DNA of 64,000 bases from Lingula anatina (Eukaryota; Animalia; Brachiopoda): the NCBI GenBank assembly GCA_051362555.1, contig CM120640.1, positions 38,976,788-39,040,787 of the forward strand. The letters run 5' to 3'. The position numbers and the translations under genes were made by a program. Every line of letters starts with the position of its first letter. Position 1 is the stretch's first letter. Of the stretch, positions 50,945 through 63,965 are shown in pieces. A model generated the notes under the pieces. The model searched no databases and had not been told where the DNA came from. It saw nothing but the letters and a program-made list of their open reading frames with translations.

Positions 50945-51325
50945 TGCCGAATGTCAACCACTTAGAGCATATCGTGCAATAAGTTGACCTTGACCTGACC
51001 TACTTTCCTAAAATTGGGTCACATGACATAGAATCATTGTGTGACCTCACCTATGAAAGGATTTGTCAAAATCTTGAAAATTCTAGGAAATATTGCATTT
51101 TGAAAATTGCAAAATTTTCACTTTAAAAGGCTCTGTGACCTTGAAAATAAGGTCAAGGTCAATGAAATTGGGTGGACCGGAATAACTTTTCATAGGCTAT
51201 CAGTATGAATTTTTTCAGAATTTTAGAAAAAAAAATTTTGACGAAAAATAATAATAATAATAATAATAATAAGAAGAAGAACAGCAAAAACAATAGTATT
51301 CCCCTATGGGGAATCCTAATAATAA
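50945..51325 (+). mobile_element. Helentron/HINE-like non-autonomous element (3' part)
   Basis: TGACCTTGA/AAGGTCAAGGTCA motifs, an (AAT)n(AAG)n tract and a terminal hairpin ATTCCCC-TAT-GGGGAAT at 51298-51314; boundaries approximate. Confidence 0.5.
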
Positions 51326-51349
51326 TAATAATAACAACAACAAGAAGAA

Positions 51350-51805
51350 GAATAAATCCAAGGGGAACACAATTGCAATAGTGGTCCACACACCATTGGT
51401 ACTACTGCTACTTCTCTATCGCAATCTCTGGACAAGCTTCCTCATAAAACCCATGCTCTGGTTTTAATTAAAGAGAAGCCATCTTTTAAAAAAAGGAATA
51501 AATGCTAAAATAATGATCTTAGAGATCTCAACTTTGAATTGTGCCTTCCTTCCGTAGATCTACTTTATTTTACTTTATGTACCGGAAAAAGAACATTTTA
51601 ACAAATCTGGGACTTGACAGAAAAAAAGAAAGCTCATTCATCACATTTAAAAATTCATGCAGGACCCAAAATTTATCTTCTATCCTAGATAAAAACAAGC
51701 TGGTTTCAATTTCAGTAGAGGCAACGGTTGTCAGCAAAAACACCAATTTTTCAAGCATTGCTCCGAGAAAAGTTAGTATGCAACTCACCAACGCACTGTG
51801 CGTAT
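51350..51805 (+). repeat. Second copy of the 40297-40750 block
   Basis: Direct alignment by eye; substitutions and indels present. Confidence 0.85.
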
Positions 51806-53504
51806 ACAGTATATATATCCTATATATACGGCATTGAAAGGGGGACCAAGGTGAAAGGAGTGAGCATAAATATAATTTAAGCAGATCCGTATACACATGT
51901 ATGTATTCGTATGGCGTATGTTATCACTCGTATAATGGCGTAGTATGCCTATTAGAAGGTCGATTACAGGAGACACTAGTTATTACAGCAGACAATTCGG
52001 GGGGGGGGGGGGGAGGGAGAAGGAGGAGTGAGTATCTGAAGAACGAGGAATATTGGGGTCTGATTAACCTTTTCTTCTCTGCTTTATTGAGCGCAATTCT
52101 AACCAGTACAATAGCGGTTGATTAACCTTCAAGGGTCTGGGGTCATATCCCTCATCCCTATACTTTTTCAGATTGATCAATACATTTCAAGTATAATAAA
52201 CACGCTTGTCATTTTAGGTCTTTTGGGATCTCTCCAGGGCATTTCTAGAAAAATATGATGTATGGTACTATGAGATTATGAAACATATGAATCTTGTCTT
52301 GCAGATTTGATGGTTTTTCTTTGCCTGCAGATGATGATTTCCGTTGGGGGAATATTTGGGACATTGAGCTCAATTCTTAAATTGAATACATTAAACTAAA
52401 CTCACATGATGTCAAATTTATTTTTTCAGTGTAAGATGATTGATTACAAAATACCTTGCATCTATGTTCTCATTTGCAGATAGATCTCCGAAAAACATAA
52501 AAACCCATTTGAATAATAGAGTCTTAATCACTACATGTACTTCTAGGTTATACTCCAGGCATGCTACAAAACTGCAGCTAAATCTCAAGAGTTATTACCA
52601 AGTATCCACTGTAACTTTGAGCGCAGCTGACGAAAGACTTTTTTCACTGTGATAACGAATAGTGTTCTTCGAAAGAGTCATGAAATAGGCTTTATCAAAA
52701 ATGTCGTTTTTTATAGCTACTGGGATTTATTTGTTTCATACATATTTAATTTTGCCATACACGCATTACACTAATCAATCACAATACGCGCTTTGCTTTG
52801 TTACAAAAATTTACCCCTTTCCTAAGAAGAGAATATTGAGGGCCACAAGGCGTCTCTTCGATCTGGTAAATTTCTCAGCACTTTCCCACTAATAAACTTA
52901 GGCATTACCGTAATATGGCACTGCAATGTAAAGATTTTTCTGCACGGTTATTGACCTATACAGCGGTGTGCGGAACTTTCGTTTATATGCAGGGCGCTCG
53001 GTAGGTATCGGTGAGGTATGCCTACATAAACCTAGACCCATATAGTTCACAGAGTTCACCAATACTTTTATGGATTCTGGTGTTTTATGGTTTTTATAGT
53101 TTTATGGATCCCATCAAGAGCAAAAGAGCAAGTTCAGACTATGATAAAATATTTATATTGTCTAGCTGTATAAATTTAATCAGAGAGTAACCATTAATTT
53201 GAGCTGGTCGCGGTCTGGTCATTCATATTGTTTGGTCAGTCAATTTTTTTAGAAAAAGGATTGTTAATTACTCAAATTAGTCGTGCGTGATCGTAACCAT
53301 TAACGGGTGTTTTGCATGATTTGATCCACTTGTAACTTGCATAAGGCTACATTTGGGTTACAATGCAAGAAGCTCCCCTCGGAGTCATACCTGGCTGGCT
53401 GCAAATAGACCAGTTGACTATATGATGTGTGAACAACGTGCTATTTCTGACATTCGTTGACAGCCAGTAACACTGTGAAGTCCCAGACAGCTGATCTGGC
53501 AGAG

Positions 53505-55107
53505 ATGACATCAACTTTTCTTTCACTGCTTTTATGTAGCTTGCAGGCTCTGGTCAATGTTTCTGGTAAGTAGCAACTATATCGGTACAGTTATCTTATT
53601 CATTGTATCTATATATCCGAACACAGCTGAACAGACAGTGAGTTTTACTATTTCTGTAATATTGAAGACAGGGATAGATATTAAAAACCTGTATTATTTA
53701 CATGTATCACTATAAATATGTGTTACCCTGTCTCCACATGCATGGTTAGAGGGCGTTTAAGTGTGTTGGTATTACCGTGGTGTGTGTGTGTGCGTGATCG
53801 TTCGTTCACGTGTCGAACGTGTTTCACGTGTATTTGTGTCAAGGTTGAACGTAGTAAGGGCGCTGAATGAGCACACACGGTTTCCACGTTATTCAGTTCT
53901 ACGCCTCGTGCCTCATGCAGGCTCGTTATTCAGATAATTCTCATTTCGTGACTTGAATAACGTACATGTACCTGTACATAGAACATGTATCACATGTAGT
54001 ATATTTACTACGCTGTTTAGAATACAGCGTGTTAATGATAATGACGCGAGACAACTACATGCACACTTAACAACCACCCCAAGGAACAGTTGTTACTCGT
54101 CGGGCTTACTCAACAGTTATATATCCTTGTACATGATATCTCGCCTCAGTTTACTTCATATTGTGTAGAAGTGAAGCATCCTATTTGTTAAGCAAATATT
54201 CAGCGTTCGAGTTTATATGTTGCTCGCGTCAGCAGAGTGATGAAGAATTTATAGCTAACGTTCTATGAGAGGTCATAGTATTATCTCAGTCTCGAAAATA
54301 TATTGTTGTTTCATAGCTTACAAGGAAGCGGCTTATAAGGATTTGAACAAAGAGTACTAAATCTTTGCGTGGATTGAAATTGCCTGAGCATTCAAATCAG
54401 TCCTTTTAAGATAACAAAAAACACCCTTTTTTATAGGTTGTAATACCTCTTTTCGGTCTTTTAACCGACCAGTAGTTCGCTGGACGTTACTGACTTCGCA
54501 CTGCACCATATATGTATATATATATATATATACATGGTCTAGGGAAAAGTGAGAGAACCCGCAAAATGCTTTACATTAGCTCCCGTTGTCCAGGAAACGG
54601 CGAAAACGTGAAGCCATGCAGTCATCAGCCTTGTTTTCTTGTGTGCCTTGCTAACGTTGCTGTATCGAATATACATGCAAACCTAACCTAATGAAGTGAT
54701 CAGCGTCATTAGTTCAAATTGCATCCAATCTGACTTGTATGGATTTAGTCCCAGTTTCAGCCACTAGGCTATATAAAAGCATCGACTGAAGCATGCTTCT
54801 AATATAAAGCAAAGCTGATGAACATCAGTGTAAAATCTTGTTTAAGCACAGCCCACGCTTCAGACGCACAGACATTCGCAAATATTGAGGTATATTAGAC
54901 CCATACACTGCATATTGCCTGCGCGAAACGTGTAGTAAATTGTTAAGGAGAATAAATAATGGAGAGGATAGCGGTTACTTGCCCCGTGATATGTGTGTGT
55001 TAGTCATATGTAAGTTCAGTTAAGTTATAATTACCTGATATAGTCACTTAATGTACCGTCGGTGTATGGTGACCATTTTTACTGGCTGTAGAAAATGAAA
55101 AAGAGGA

Positions 55108-55146
<39 letters not shown>

Positions 55147-58100
55147 ATATTATAATACGTTGAAATAAATATTATAATACGTTGAAACCAGTGTGTAACA
55201 GATCTGGCTGAAATTTTACTTTTTGTAAAAAAAATATTGTCAGCTTATTTGTTTTTTTTTCAGGATGGACGTACGACGGAAAAACAGGTGAGGCATATTT
55301 ACTTTAATAAAAAATGTGGCGGTCACAAAATGTGATGAGATGCATGTTCCTTTCAGTCGGTAGTAAACAAGAAAAATTAGGACTCGTAAAAAGGGGATAC
55401 AAAAAGAACCACGATTGTGGTGGGAAATTGTATACTCTGCACAAAATGCGATTTAGGTTCTTTGCTATTTTTCAAGTTGGGCCAACTAAAATGGTCCATT
55501 TCTTTTCAGAAAAAGATCCACTATGAAACTGCCACATGTAAAGACAGATTTAGAACAGTGCTTTTACCTTTGAAATAAGAGTCCCAGATTCTTATTGAAC
55601 ATTGGAGAAGCGGTGAAGTATGGGGTGAATCCCATGAATGAATACCCGAACAAGTTGAAAAATACCACTGACGCTATGAAACACAAGACCAATTTGATCT
55701 CAGGTCATACAATATTTCTTTTTTTCGGCATTTTTACCAAAGAAAACGAATTGTATATTGAGCATATCTATCGTATTTCGTTTTACTGCATAAGTGGCTG
55801 TTACAATATTACATGCGTAACTATCACTCTATCGTTCACTAGTTTGTTTGTTGGCGTATACAGCGAACCCTTGCACAATTTCGCGTTTTTGTCGTCCGGG
55901 TAGTTGTCAGCTAAGCACTTGATGACAGGTTTGATTTGAAAGATTTCTGCAAACCTGGTATTATCATATCTGTCATATGCACTTACAACTGACCAGATCA
56001 CAATAATTTGCACTTGTCTCCGTAATAAACATGGTTAGCTCAGGGCATAAAGATTAAGTTATTTTGTCTTTATGCTTCCTTTCATTTCAACCTATATATG
56101 ATTTATTAAAGATAAAAACCAGTCTGGGCTTTAAAGTAAAATATTCCTTTCAATAATTTTGAATTTTTTTTATTCTTATCAAATTAATTAAATGAATTAA
56201 ATGAATTAAAGTTGGGGTGCTTTTGTAAACCGTAGCTGATCCATACATAGTGTATTTGAAACGGATCAAGGTTGATAGAAATCGTATAATTCGAAACATA
56301 AAAAACACTTAATTGAGTACTGATGTTGTACAGCAAATTACTTACACTTTTGCCATATACAGAAAACAATTAAAGCGGAATCAAATGAGTAAAAGGGACA
56401 AAGAGTTATTGAGTGTAAGTTAAGTTTCTCCAAGAGTCAACAAGTGTAGAACATGTTTTTAGTGTCAGAAAAAGATGGAAAAGGTCAAAGTCAGTAACAG
56501 TTAATGTGATTGGTTAATTTCATAACATATAATAATTTTGATCATCTATTTATCACATGATAGCTGAGTTTTGGATAAGGTCCAAGCATGAGTAATCCAA
56601 ATAATATTTTAGATATCTTTAATTGAAAACAAGTTTCTTAAGGATTACCTAATAAGGAAATGTTGCATAGTGACTTGCAACATGAGAATGGAAAATATTT
56701 TGTAATCACGCAAAGACAATGGAAAAGAAAACAAGTAAATGCGTGATCAGTACGGAGAAATTGAGTTTAAATATTTGTGAAGTTGTATGAAGAGAGAGTC
56801 GGTGAATAAACGTTCGAAAAACTGCTGTCGTCATTCCTCACTATAACACTGATCATCAGAAATAAATTGAGCGAGTTAAGTAACACGTGGTCCATATCGG
56901 TACTGAAGGTGGATCAAACACGGAGATTCCACAGAGAGGAGCACAGCGGCGATCACCAATACAAACTGGATATTTAATATTGCAAACTTGCATTATGCGT
57001 TGTTTTCGCTTTACTGCCAATTCTTTATAATCACAATAAGATAACCCTGCTAAATGCTGAAAATTTGATTATTCATTTCGAATACCCAAACTCTCGTCTA
57101 TTTGAATTGTTTGCTGCAAACATTATGGGAATGGTTCTTGATTATCTGTCTATCAAACATTTTTTTGAATTAATCATGGCTCACGCTGCGCTCTGCTTTC
57201 TGTAACCTTCGGTTTTACACTGATCTTTTTTTATCTTGGATTGCATTTTTTTTTTCAATAATGATTTAGAATAAGTCCATTTGTTTTTATTTTGTTGCAG
57301 AAACAAAGCTGGCTTATCGGTTGATTTATTTGCGATAAAAATTACTTAAAGAATATAATTTGCTTACACTTTGTCAAGACGATGATGCAAATAATAAACT
57401 GGTGATGATGACGATTATTTAGAACACTTACGATGCTTTTTCATACCATTATTCTGTTCTTTTAGGCGTAGATCAATGGGCGAAACTTTTTGCACCATGC
57501 GGAGGACAAAAACAGTCCCCAATAGACATTCTGTCTGCCGATGCAGAGGAAGATTTAACTCTTAAGCCTTTCAAGCTGAACGGTTATAACAGCGTCCCAG
57601 CGAACGCCGAGTGGGTGATAGAGAATAACGCGCACACAGGTAATAAACTAAAAGAACGCTTGAAAGCAGGATCCAGCGTTGTGCTGGATCCAAGGGTAAA
57701 CTAACGGTACGTGAAATTGTCGTTTAGCCAAAAGTTGCATAACGGGATGAAAATGTTTGGTATCTTGTTTGTGTAAACTTCACAACACGAACTTCCACAT
57801 GTAGTCTTGCTGGAATTTTGTTTATTAGGTTTTCTTTTTTTTTTGTTGGTAAGATATCGAGGCAGGAGGATCGAGTAAAGGGTCATGGATAGTCTGTTCG
57901 GTATTTGCGTCCCTCAAACAGCTGGACAGCAACAACAATAACATCTTGTATTTTCATAATTTGCATCGTTCGTAATTTGTTATTATTTATACAACAACAA
58001 TCATATTTGTTCTTGTTACAATAGGTGGATTATGCCGATCATCACACTCTGTAAACAACAAAAGACGGAGTATTTTTATATATTATATAAGAAAAATTAG

Positions 58101-58417
58101 ACACAGTTTGATTCAGACATTAATATATATATAATTTTTCTTCGACAGTCCAAGTTAATATTAAATCGGGGGAATACAGTGTCCAAGGTGGAGGTTTGCC
58201 CAGGAATTACAAACTGCTTCAGTTCCACTGGCACTGGGGTATGACCAGCAAGGAGGGCTCAGAACACACAGTTAATGGGAAAAGCTATCCCATGGAGGTA
58301 ATCGAGAAAAAATATTTTATTTAGAGTAGATGTACTGAATATTATATTATAATATAGTATAATATTATATTATATTATACTATATTATGGCACATAAGGA
58401 GGGGAGGGGCAATAAAA

Positions 58418-58461
<44 letters not shown>

Positions 58462-59914
58462 AAGAAACGACACAAATAGCATATAAACCTAGATATTTTA
58501 AGGTAAGCATGTTCGTTTTGAGTCGGTTTTTATAGATAAATTTCGATAAAAAAAGACCAGCAAATCAAATTATTAAAGACGACGATCAAATACCCCTGTC
58601 GGGAAATACCCCAGTCTCCCTGCCTACAGTATCAGCGTCAGCAGAAAGTGATTAGCAATCTGCTTTGAAGAGATCGACTTCAGCTCGAAGTAATTCAATA
58701 TGCCGGATAAGTCCTCTTCTAAATAAGAAATTAGTTTTACTCAATTTCATCACAAATACACGATGATGCCGTGATGATAAAACGCAACAGGTCATTATTG
58801 ACGGACAGCCCTATCTTTGTCCGCAGACACAAATACTTGTGCTTAACTATCTACAGTGGACTTAACAGACAAAATGCATATATCCGTACATAAAGCCGTG
58901 AACATGATTTGTCACCCATCTTTCAGGTGTTGAGTTGTCAATTCATGTAGTGGTATTTTGTCAGTTTGCTACTTTCAAACCGACACACCCCACTCACCAC
59001 AGTATGGGGCGGGAATCTTTGTCTAATAATACGTCTACATAGCTTGTTTTTCATTTTGGTAGTCATTTTTTTAAAACTCTTTATCTTCAATTCGATATTT
59101 TTTATTTGTAAAGCTTTAGATTTTAAATCATGAATAGGGCGCGCCTATGTTGTGCGAAAAAAAAAAGTAATCCATATCGATTAGATACATCATTTGTTGT
59201 TGATAGGGGCCTATATTGTGAGTTTTGTAAAAGCGACGGCTTACTTTTTTTATCAAACCTAACGCCAACATATATCTTTTTTCTTAACAGCTTCATTTAG
59301 TTCACTATGCGTCAAATTACACGTCGCCTGGAGATGCGCTCGATAAAACCAACGGGTTGGCAGTGTTGGGTTTCTTCATAGACGTACGTATTGAGAAGTG
59401 AAAAATCCAAAGTAAAGGGGCATCGGTGCTCAGTTTGCGAAAAAAAAAATCAAGGTTCAGTTTTAATCAAACAATTTCAAAAGAGCAATCGGTGTACTGA
59501 TATGATTTTTTTTACGTAGGAAGCATTATTTCATATGTCTTTGTCACCTTGACGATATTTGAATGTGATAATAGGTAACGTGTCTTTTCCCTTGAATTTC
59601 TCGTTTTGCCACCAATATTATTAATAATAATAAGAAAACAGCAACAAAAACGACACGTGCAAAACAGATGCCACTCCACTGTTATTTGATCCACAGGTCC
59701 AAGCGGAAGATAATCCATTCTGGGAAGGCGTAGTAAATATGATGTCTAAAGTTGCCTATGGAGGTAAATATAACTGCTACGTTTGACAAGTTGATTGCTG
59801 ACAAGATGGAGTGACGACGGAAATTGTGAAAGCATAATGTGCAGCGGCACTGATATCTCTATTATACCGACAAAACCCCCATCAATTTATTTAAAAGGTG
59901 TGGAGGTGGTGTGT

Positions 59915-59945
<31 letters not shown>

Positions 59946-60620
59946 GGGGGGAGAGAGAGAGAGAGAGAGAGAGAGAAGGGGTGATAGGGCACCTCTAAAG
60001 CTAACGCGGTGGTACGTGCCCGCTGTGTCCTTCCCTGGATTCCCCCATTGTGATCTAAAATGTATTGCGAATATAATGCAATTTTTAATTTAATTTATGC
60101 AGAACATTTACTTTTCGATATACAGTAACTCTCAGTACGGTGCGTTTTTCCCAGAAAATCTGACATGTTTTATACACTTCAGGTACCAGTGCTCCTATGC
60201 CTCCCGTAATCCTGGCAGAACTTTTACCCAACCCAGACAAACTGAACGAGTTCTACCGTTACGGAGGAAGTCTTACGACCCCTGGATGCTTTGAATCTGT
60301 CATATGGACCGTTTTCACTGAACCAATTCGTTTGTCCGAGAGACAGGTGAATGACCTATGTTATCCTATGCTTCGAAATATATAATGGGGTGTCACTATA
60401 ACCGAATTTTGTGGATGAAAGGTGCTTGCAGCCAGTTTGTCACGCTAGATTACTAGAGCGGTTGATCTGTTCAAACTTAACAATCTAGAACTAGAGTGAA
60501 TTATAGCTGTGTTCCAAGAGCAACTTACCAGCGGAAAAACTATCCTTTGTTATGTAATAGAACAAGTCGAAAGAATAATTATATGTAATTTTTGACATTT
60601 CAATCAAAAAGATATTACGC

Positions 60621-60670
<50 letters not shown>

Positions 60671-61305
60671 CAAAAGGTTTTTTCCGGATTGCCTAACGCA
60701 CGCCTCTCAAAACTACACATTTCTCAAATAAGGTCTTGATGTCCATCAATACAAATTTTAATTGAAGAAATGGAATTTTAGAAATTTTTGCATTACACAT
60801 TAATGTTATTATACGAGTTCTTTGATTGTTTAGATATGTACAGCTATGATATACTGTATGCCATGCTTAAAATTTAAATGGGTCGGGTTAGTTTATTTTT
60901 TAATTGCAACAGGAGTTTACTGCGATTATTGATGGTGATGTTAATTAGGACAACTGAATTATGAAGCATAAAAATAAGAGATCAGCTTGTAAATTGATAA
61001 CACCAGTCTTCACTAGTGACCAAAACAGCTACCCCATTTGTTCTAACATGTGGAACATTTTCTATTTTCAGCTCCAAAAATTCCGCCTTTTCCTCAGGTT
61101 TAATAAAGCCGGAGAAGCCCCTGAACCCATGGTTAATAACTACCGCCCAGTTCAACCTCTTTATGACCGGCTGGTATACAAAAGCGTATCTGATGATCGT
61201 CGTGGTTGGAGTATGGAATTGTTCCTTTTGCTTGCAGTTATGGCCGTGGCTTGCATGTTCTACCAATCCGTCACCAAGACCGTTACCACAAAAAAGGCGG
61301 ATTGA
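53505..61305 (+). CDS. Alpha-carbonic anhydrase CA-3, type I membrane protein with C-terminal KKxx (~321 aa)
   Basis: Exons 53505-53565 (signal MTSTFLSLLLCSLQALVNVSG), 55264-55287, 57466-57639, 58149-58297, 59291-59383, 59697-59763, 60183-60346, 61072-61305; 966 nt in frame. Motifs WTYDG, CGGQKQSPIDI, NNAHT, QFHWHWG..GSEH..PME-LHLVH, FYRYGGSLTTPGC, NYRPVQPL; TM LFLLLAVMAVACMFY; tail ...TTKKAD*. Confidence 0.92.
55107..55147. repeat. (TAAA)n microsatellite
   Basis: Direct observation. Confidence 0.95.
58421..58458. repeat. (AC)n microsatellite
   Basis: Direct observation. Confidence 0.95.
59909..59976. repeat. Compound (GT)n-(G)n-(GA)n tract
   Basis: Direct observation in CA-3 intron 6. Confidence 0.95.
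60624..60668. repeat. (AG)n microsatellite
   Basis: Direct observation. Confidence 0.95.
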
Positions 61306-62726
61306 GTCTTTTGGAGGAGGGAGTGAAATATATACCCTTGGCAATTATTGATATTGCAAAGAAAAGTACAAACACTTTTTACAACAGCATTATTATCTGC
61401 AATACAACCGAGTTGGCAGATTGAAATATTAGTATTTTGGGGCATTTGTTTTTTGTTTGTTTTTATTAATTTTTTTTTTTTTTTTGGGGGGGGGGGGGGG
61501 TGGTAGAGAAGGGCTGGTGAGGGGGGTGTCTGATTGTTAGAGAAAAATAAATGGATGTGCACAAACATGTTGCAGCAATAAGAACCACATGTGAATGCAC
61601 TTCATAGGACGCCAATCAGATCCTTGCAAATAAGATATACTGATTCACAATATTTCGAGATGTTATGGTGCTAATGCTGGGTGGGAGTGAGGGAGGGTAA
61701 GGACATGTAAACTAAATGGCAGAATCTAAGTGCTTCTGATTTTACGAAGCTTTGGTATGCTAAAAACACTTTTAACATTGCCCATGAAGCTGTTTTTGTG
61801 AAAAAATGTAAGAAAATGGGGATAAATAGATCAGGAACAATAAAATGGGATATTTCTACTACAATAAATAAAACATGGAGGACATTCCTTCATAAGAAAC
61901 ATCCCATTATACCAGTATAATTCTTGTCACATATTCATAAACATTAAAGTAGCCCTTGAAATAAGCATTTATCAGTTAATGGTAGGCAATTGGCTTCCTT
62001 AACATAACATCCATGCACCCAATAGGTTTTTTACTTTAAAAATTGCATACTTTGAATGAAATGCGAATGTTAACATAATTAGGCACCATGTTACGTATTT
62101 GAGTTTACACGTTGGTTTAGTCTCAGGGAAGAATATTTTTTAAAATTAATTTTGGATCATTTTAAGGAAAGGGCTTTTCAATAAGTCATGGGATCATTGC
62201 AATTTAACATCGACTCATATAAATGTTACAGTATAACTTGTTATCATATTGACTTTTTCAATATCATGTGTTAACCATTCACTTTGTTAGAGAATAAACT
62301 CTGCATTTAATTTTTGACGTTTTTTATTATTTCATTATCTTTATATGAATTGCGTGGCTTAATATTCTTGTTGCCCAATTACAACTGGACAGCATCACAC
62401 ATATAATTCAATAAGACAAGAATTAAATGTATCATCTAACTTTTCATGCAAAATTTCATTCAGACATATAAAACACTCCAAATAAAATATAAAATGTCAC
62501 TTTTATTTTGACAAAAAAAAATCCAAAAATTTAATTTCAAAAAAACCTACTCAGAAACTAGATATTACTCTAGACATTTTTCATTCACTACATCAGGTCC
62601 TGTGAAAAATTTAGTTAGTTTCAAGTCCCAGTGGACAACATTTGTTTAACATCAATAACTACCTTGCTGTATTACACAGGATCATACAGGTATATCCATA
62701 TCGAAATATAATAACAAAGATGTATG

Positions 62727-63965
62727 TTACCGATCTTCTTCGACTAGACCCTTCTTATTTTCCAGCAAGTCATTTGCTAAAGCCTTGAACCCTGGAGGTG
62801 GTCTCCTAGGTTTGTTATCCTTTTTTAAATCATTGCTAAATGAGGCAGACAATGCACAATCTGTTCTAAAATCCCCTTGAGGATTTGAAGGGGGTCCCTC
62901 CAGTTTAAAGCCGGGTGGTGGCCGGGTGGTTTTAACCACAGTTGCACTCAATTTTTCTGCAATTGAATTTAATGACAACTCATCATTTTTACCTCCTGTC
63001 TGGTCTGGTGTAGAATTTGCATTAGTTCCGGATTCATCTTCCAATTTGTTATGAGACTTGTCTCCGCTTTTCAATTGATTGGACTTGCCATGTGCATAAT
63101 TATTTCCATCTGAACTAGGTTTCTCTCTCCTTCTCCTGCCTGACTGTGGCCTAGAAGTCTTACCACGCTGGTGATGACCATTCACTCCATGATCTAAGAC
63201 TTCATCATCAGCACCATCTTTAGAAAAGTTTTTGTTGTCATGGGCTGGTTTACCCGTGTGGTATCTTCTGTTGTTTCGGCTATTTGTATTTGCATAATGA
63301 CCTCTTCCCTTACCTTTGGCATGTCCACGTTCTCTGTGGAACTGTCTGACACTTGAAGGACTGCTTACGTGGCCACCTTCAACTTTTGACTCTTGTATAG
63401 CATCTTTACTTTCTTCCTCTTCCTTCCTTTCCAAAAGGTGATCTTTGTCATTTTTGGTAATTGCCTCCTGATCATTTTCTGCTGTTTTCAGTGTTTTTTC
63501 TGGATTATCTGAAGCACTGTTCAATGTGTCTACTGCCCTGTTTCTGGTATCTACACCTAATTTTTTGAGATCACTATTTGGGTCTATTTCCTTCCCCTTC
63601 TCAACATTTTCATTTTGTAATCTTTTGTTACTGATTGCATCGTCTGTGGTTTTAAGATTTTCAGAGGTGGGTTTATCTTTTGCAGGAGCGGCTTTGTGTC
63701 TGTGCTCTCTTGGTGACCTTTGACTTGGCCTGACCTCTCTACGTCCTGAGTATGGTCTCCCTCTGCCTCTTCCCCTTTCATGATGTGAGTAAGTATGGCG
63801 TCCAGAGCTAGGTCTGTATCCTTTCTTTATTCCTTCATCCACCTTGTCACTATCAATACGCTTCTTCACACAAGGCTTATCTCCATCTGTCCCTTGCTGC
63901 GCAGGCGCCACACTTGCTGATTGTTGGGTATTTTCTAGTGCAACCAAGTTTGTACCAGATGATGA
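62727..63965 (-). CDS. Terminal coding exon (412 aa) of an unidentified gene; disordered, RG-rich, two RPPPGF motifs
   Basis: Long open frame beginning after the acceptor TTTTCTTTACAG| at 63965 (phase 0), stop TAA at 62729-62727; upstream exons lie outside the window. Confidence 0.85.
   Translation of the reverse strand, partial: SSSGTNLVALENTQQSASVAPAQQGTDGDKPCVKKRIDSDKVDEGIKKGYRPSSGRHTYSHHERGRGRGRPYSGRREVRPSQRSPREHRHKAAPAKDKPTSENLKTTDDAISNKRLQNENVEKGKEIDPNSDLKKLGVDTRNRAVDTLNSASDNPEKTLKTAENDQEAITKNDKDHLLERKEEEESKDAIQESKVEGGHVSSPSSVRQFHRERGHAKGKGRGHYANTNSRNNRRYHTGKPAHDNKNFSKDGADDEVLDHGVNGHHQRGKTSRPQSGRRRREKPSSDGNNYAHGKSNQLKSGDKSHNKLEDESGTNANSTPDQTGGKNDELSLNSIAEKLSATVVKTTRPPPGFKLEGPPSNPQGDFRTDCALSASFSNDLKKDNKPRRPPPGFKALANDLLENKKGLVEEDR

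Noticed and set aside
54765-55015. Alternative CA-3 promoter/leader (TATATAAAAG at ~54771, donor near 55010)
   Set aside because: Candidate ATGs hit stops before or at the junction, and no signal peptide is encoded.
60982-61568. Overlapping ORFs around the last CA-3 exon
   Set aside because: Shadow frames of the real exon and its 3' UTR.
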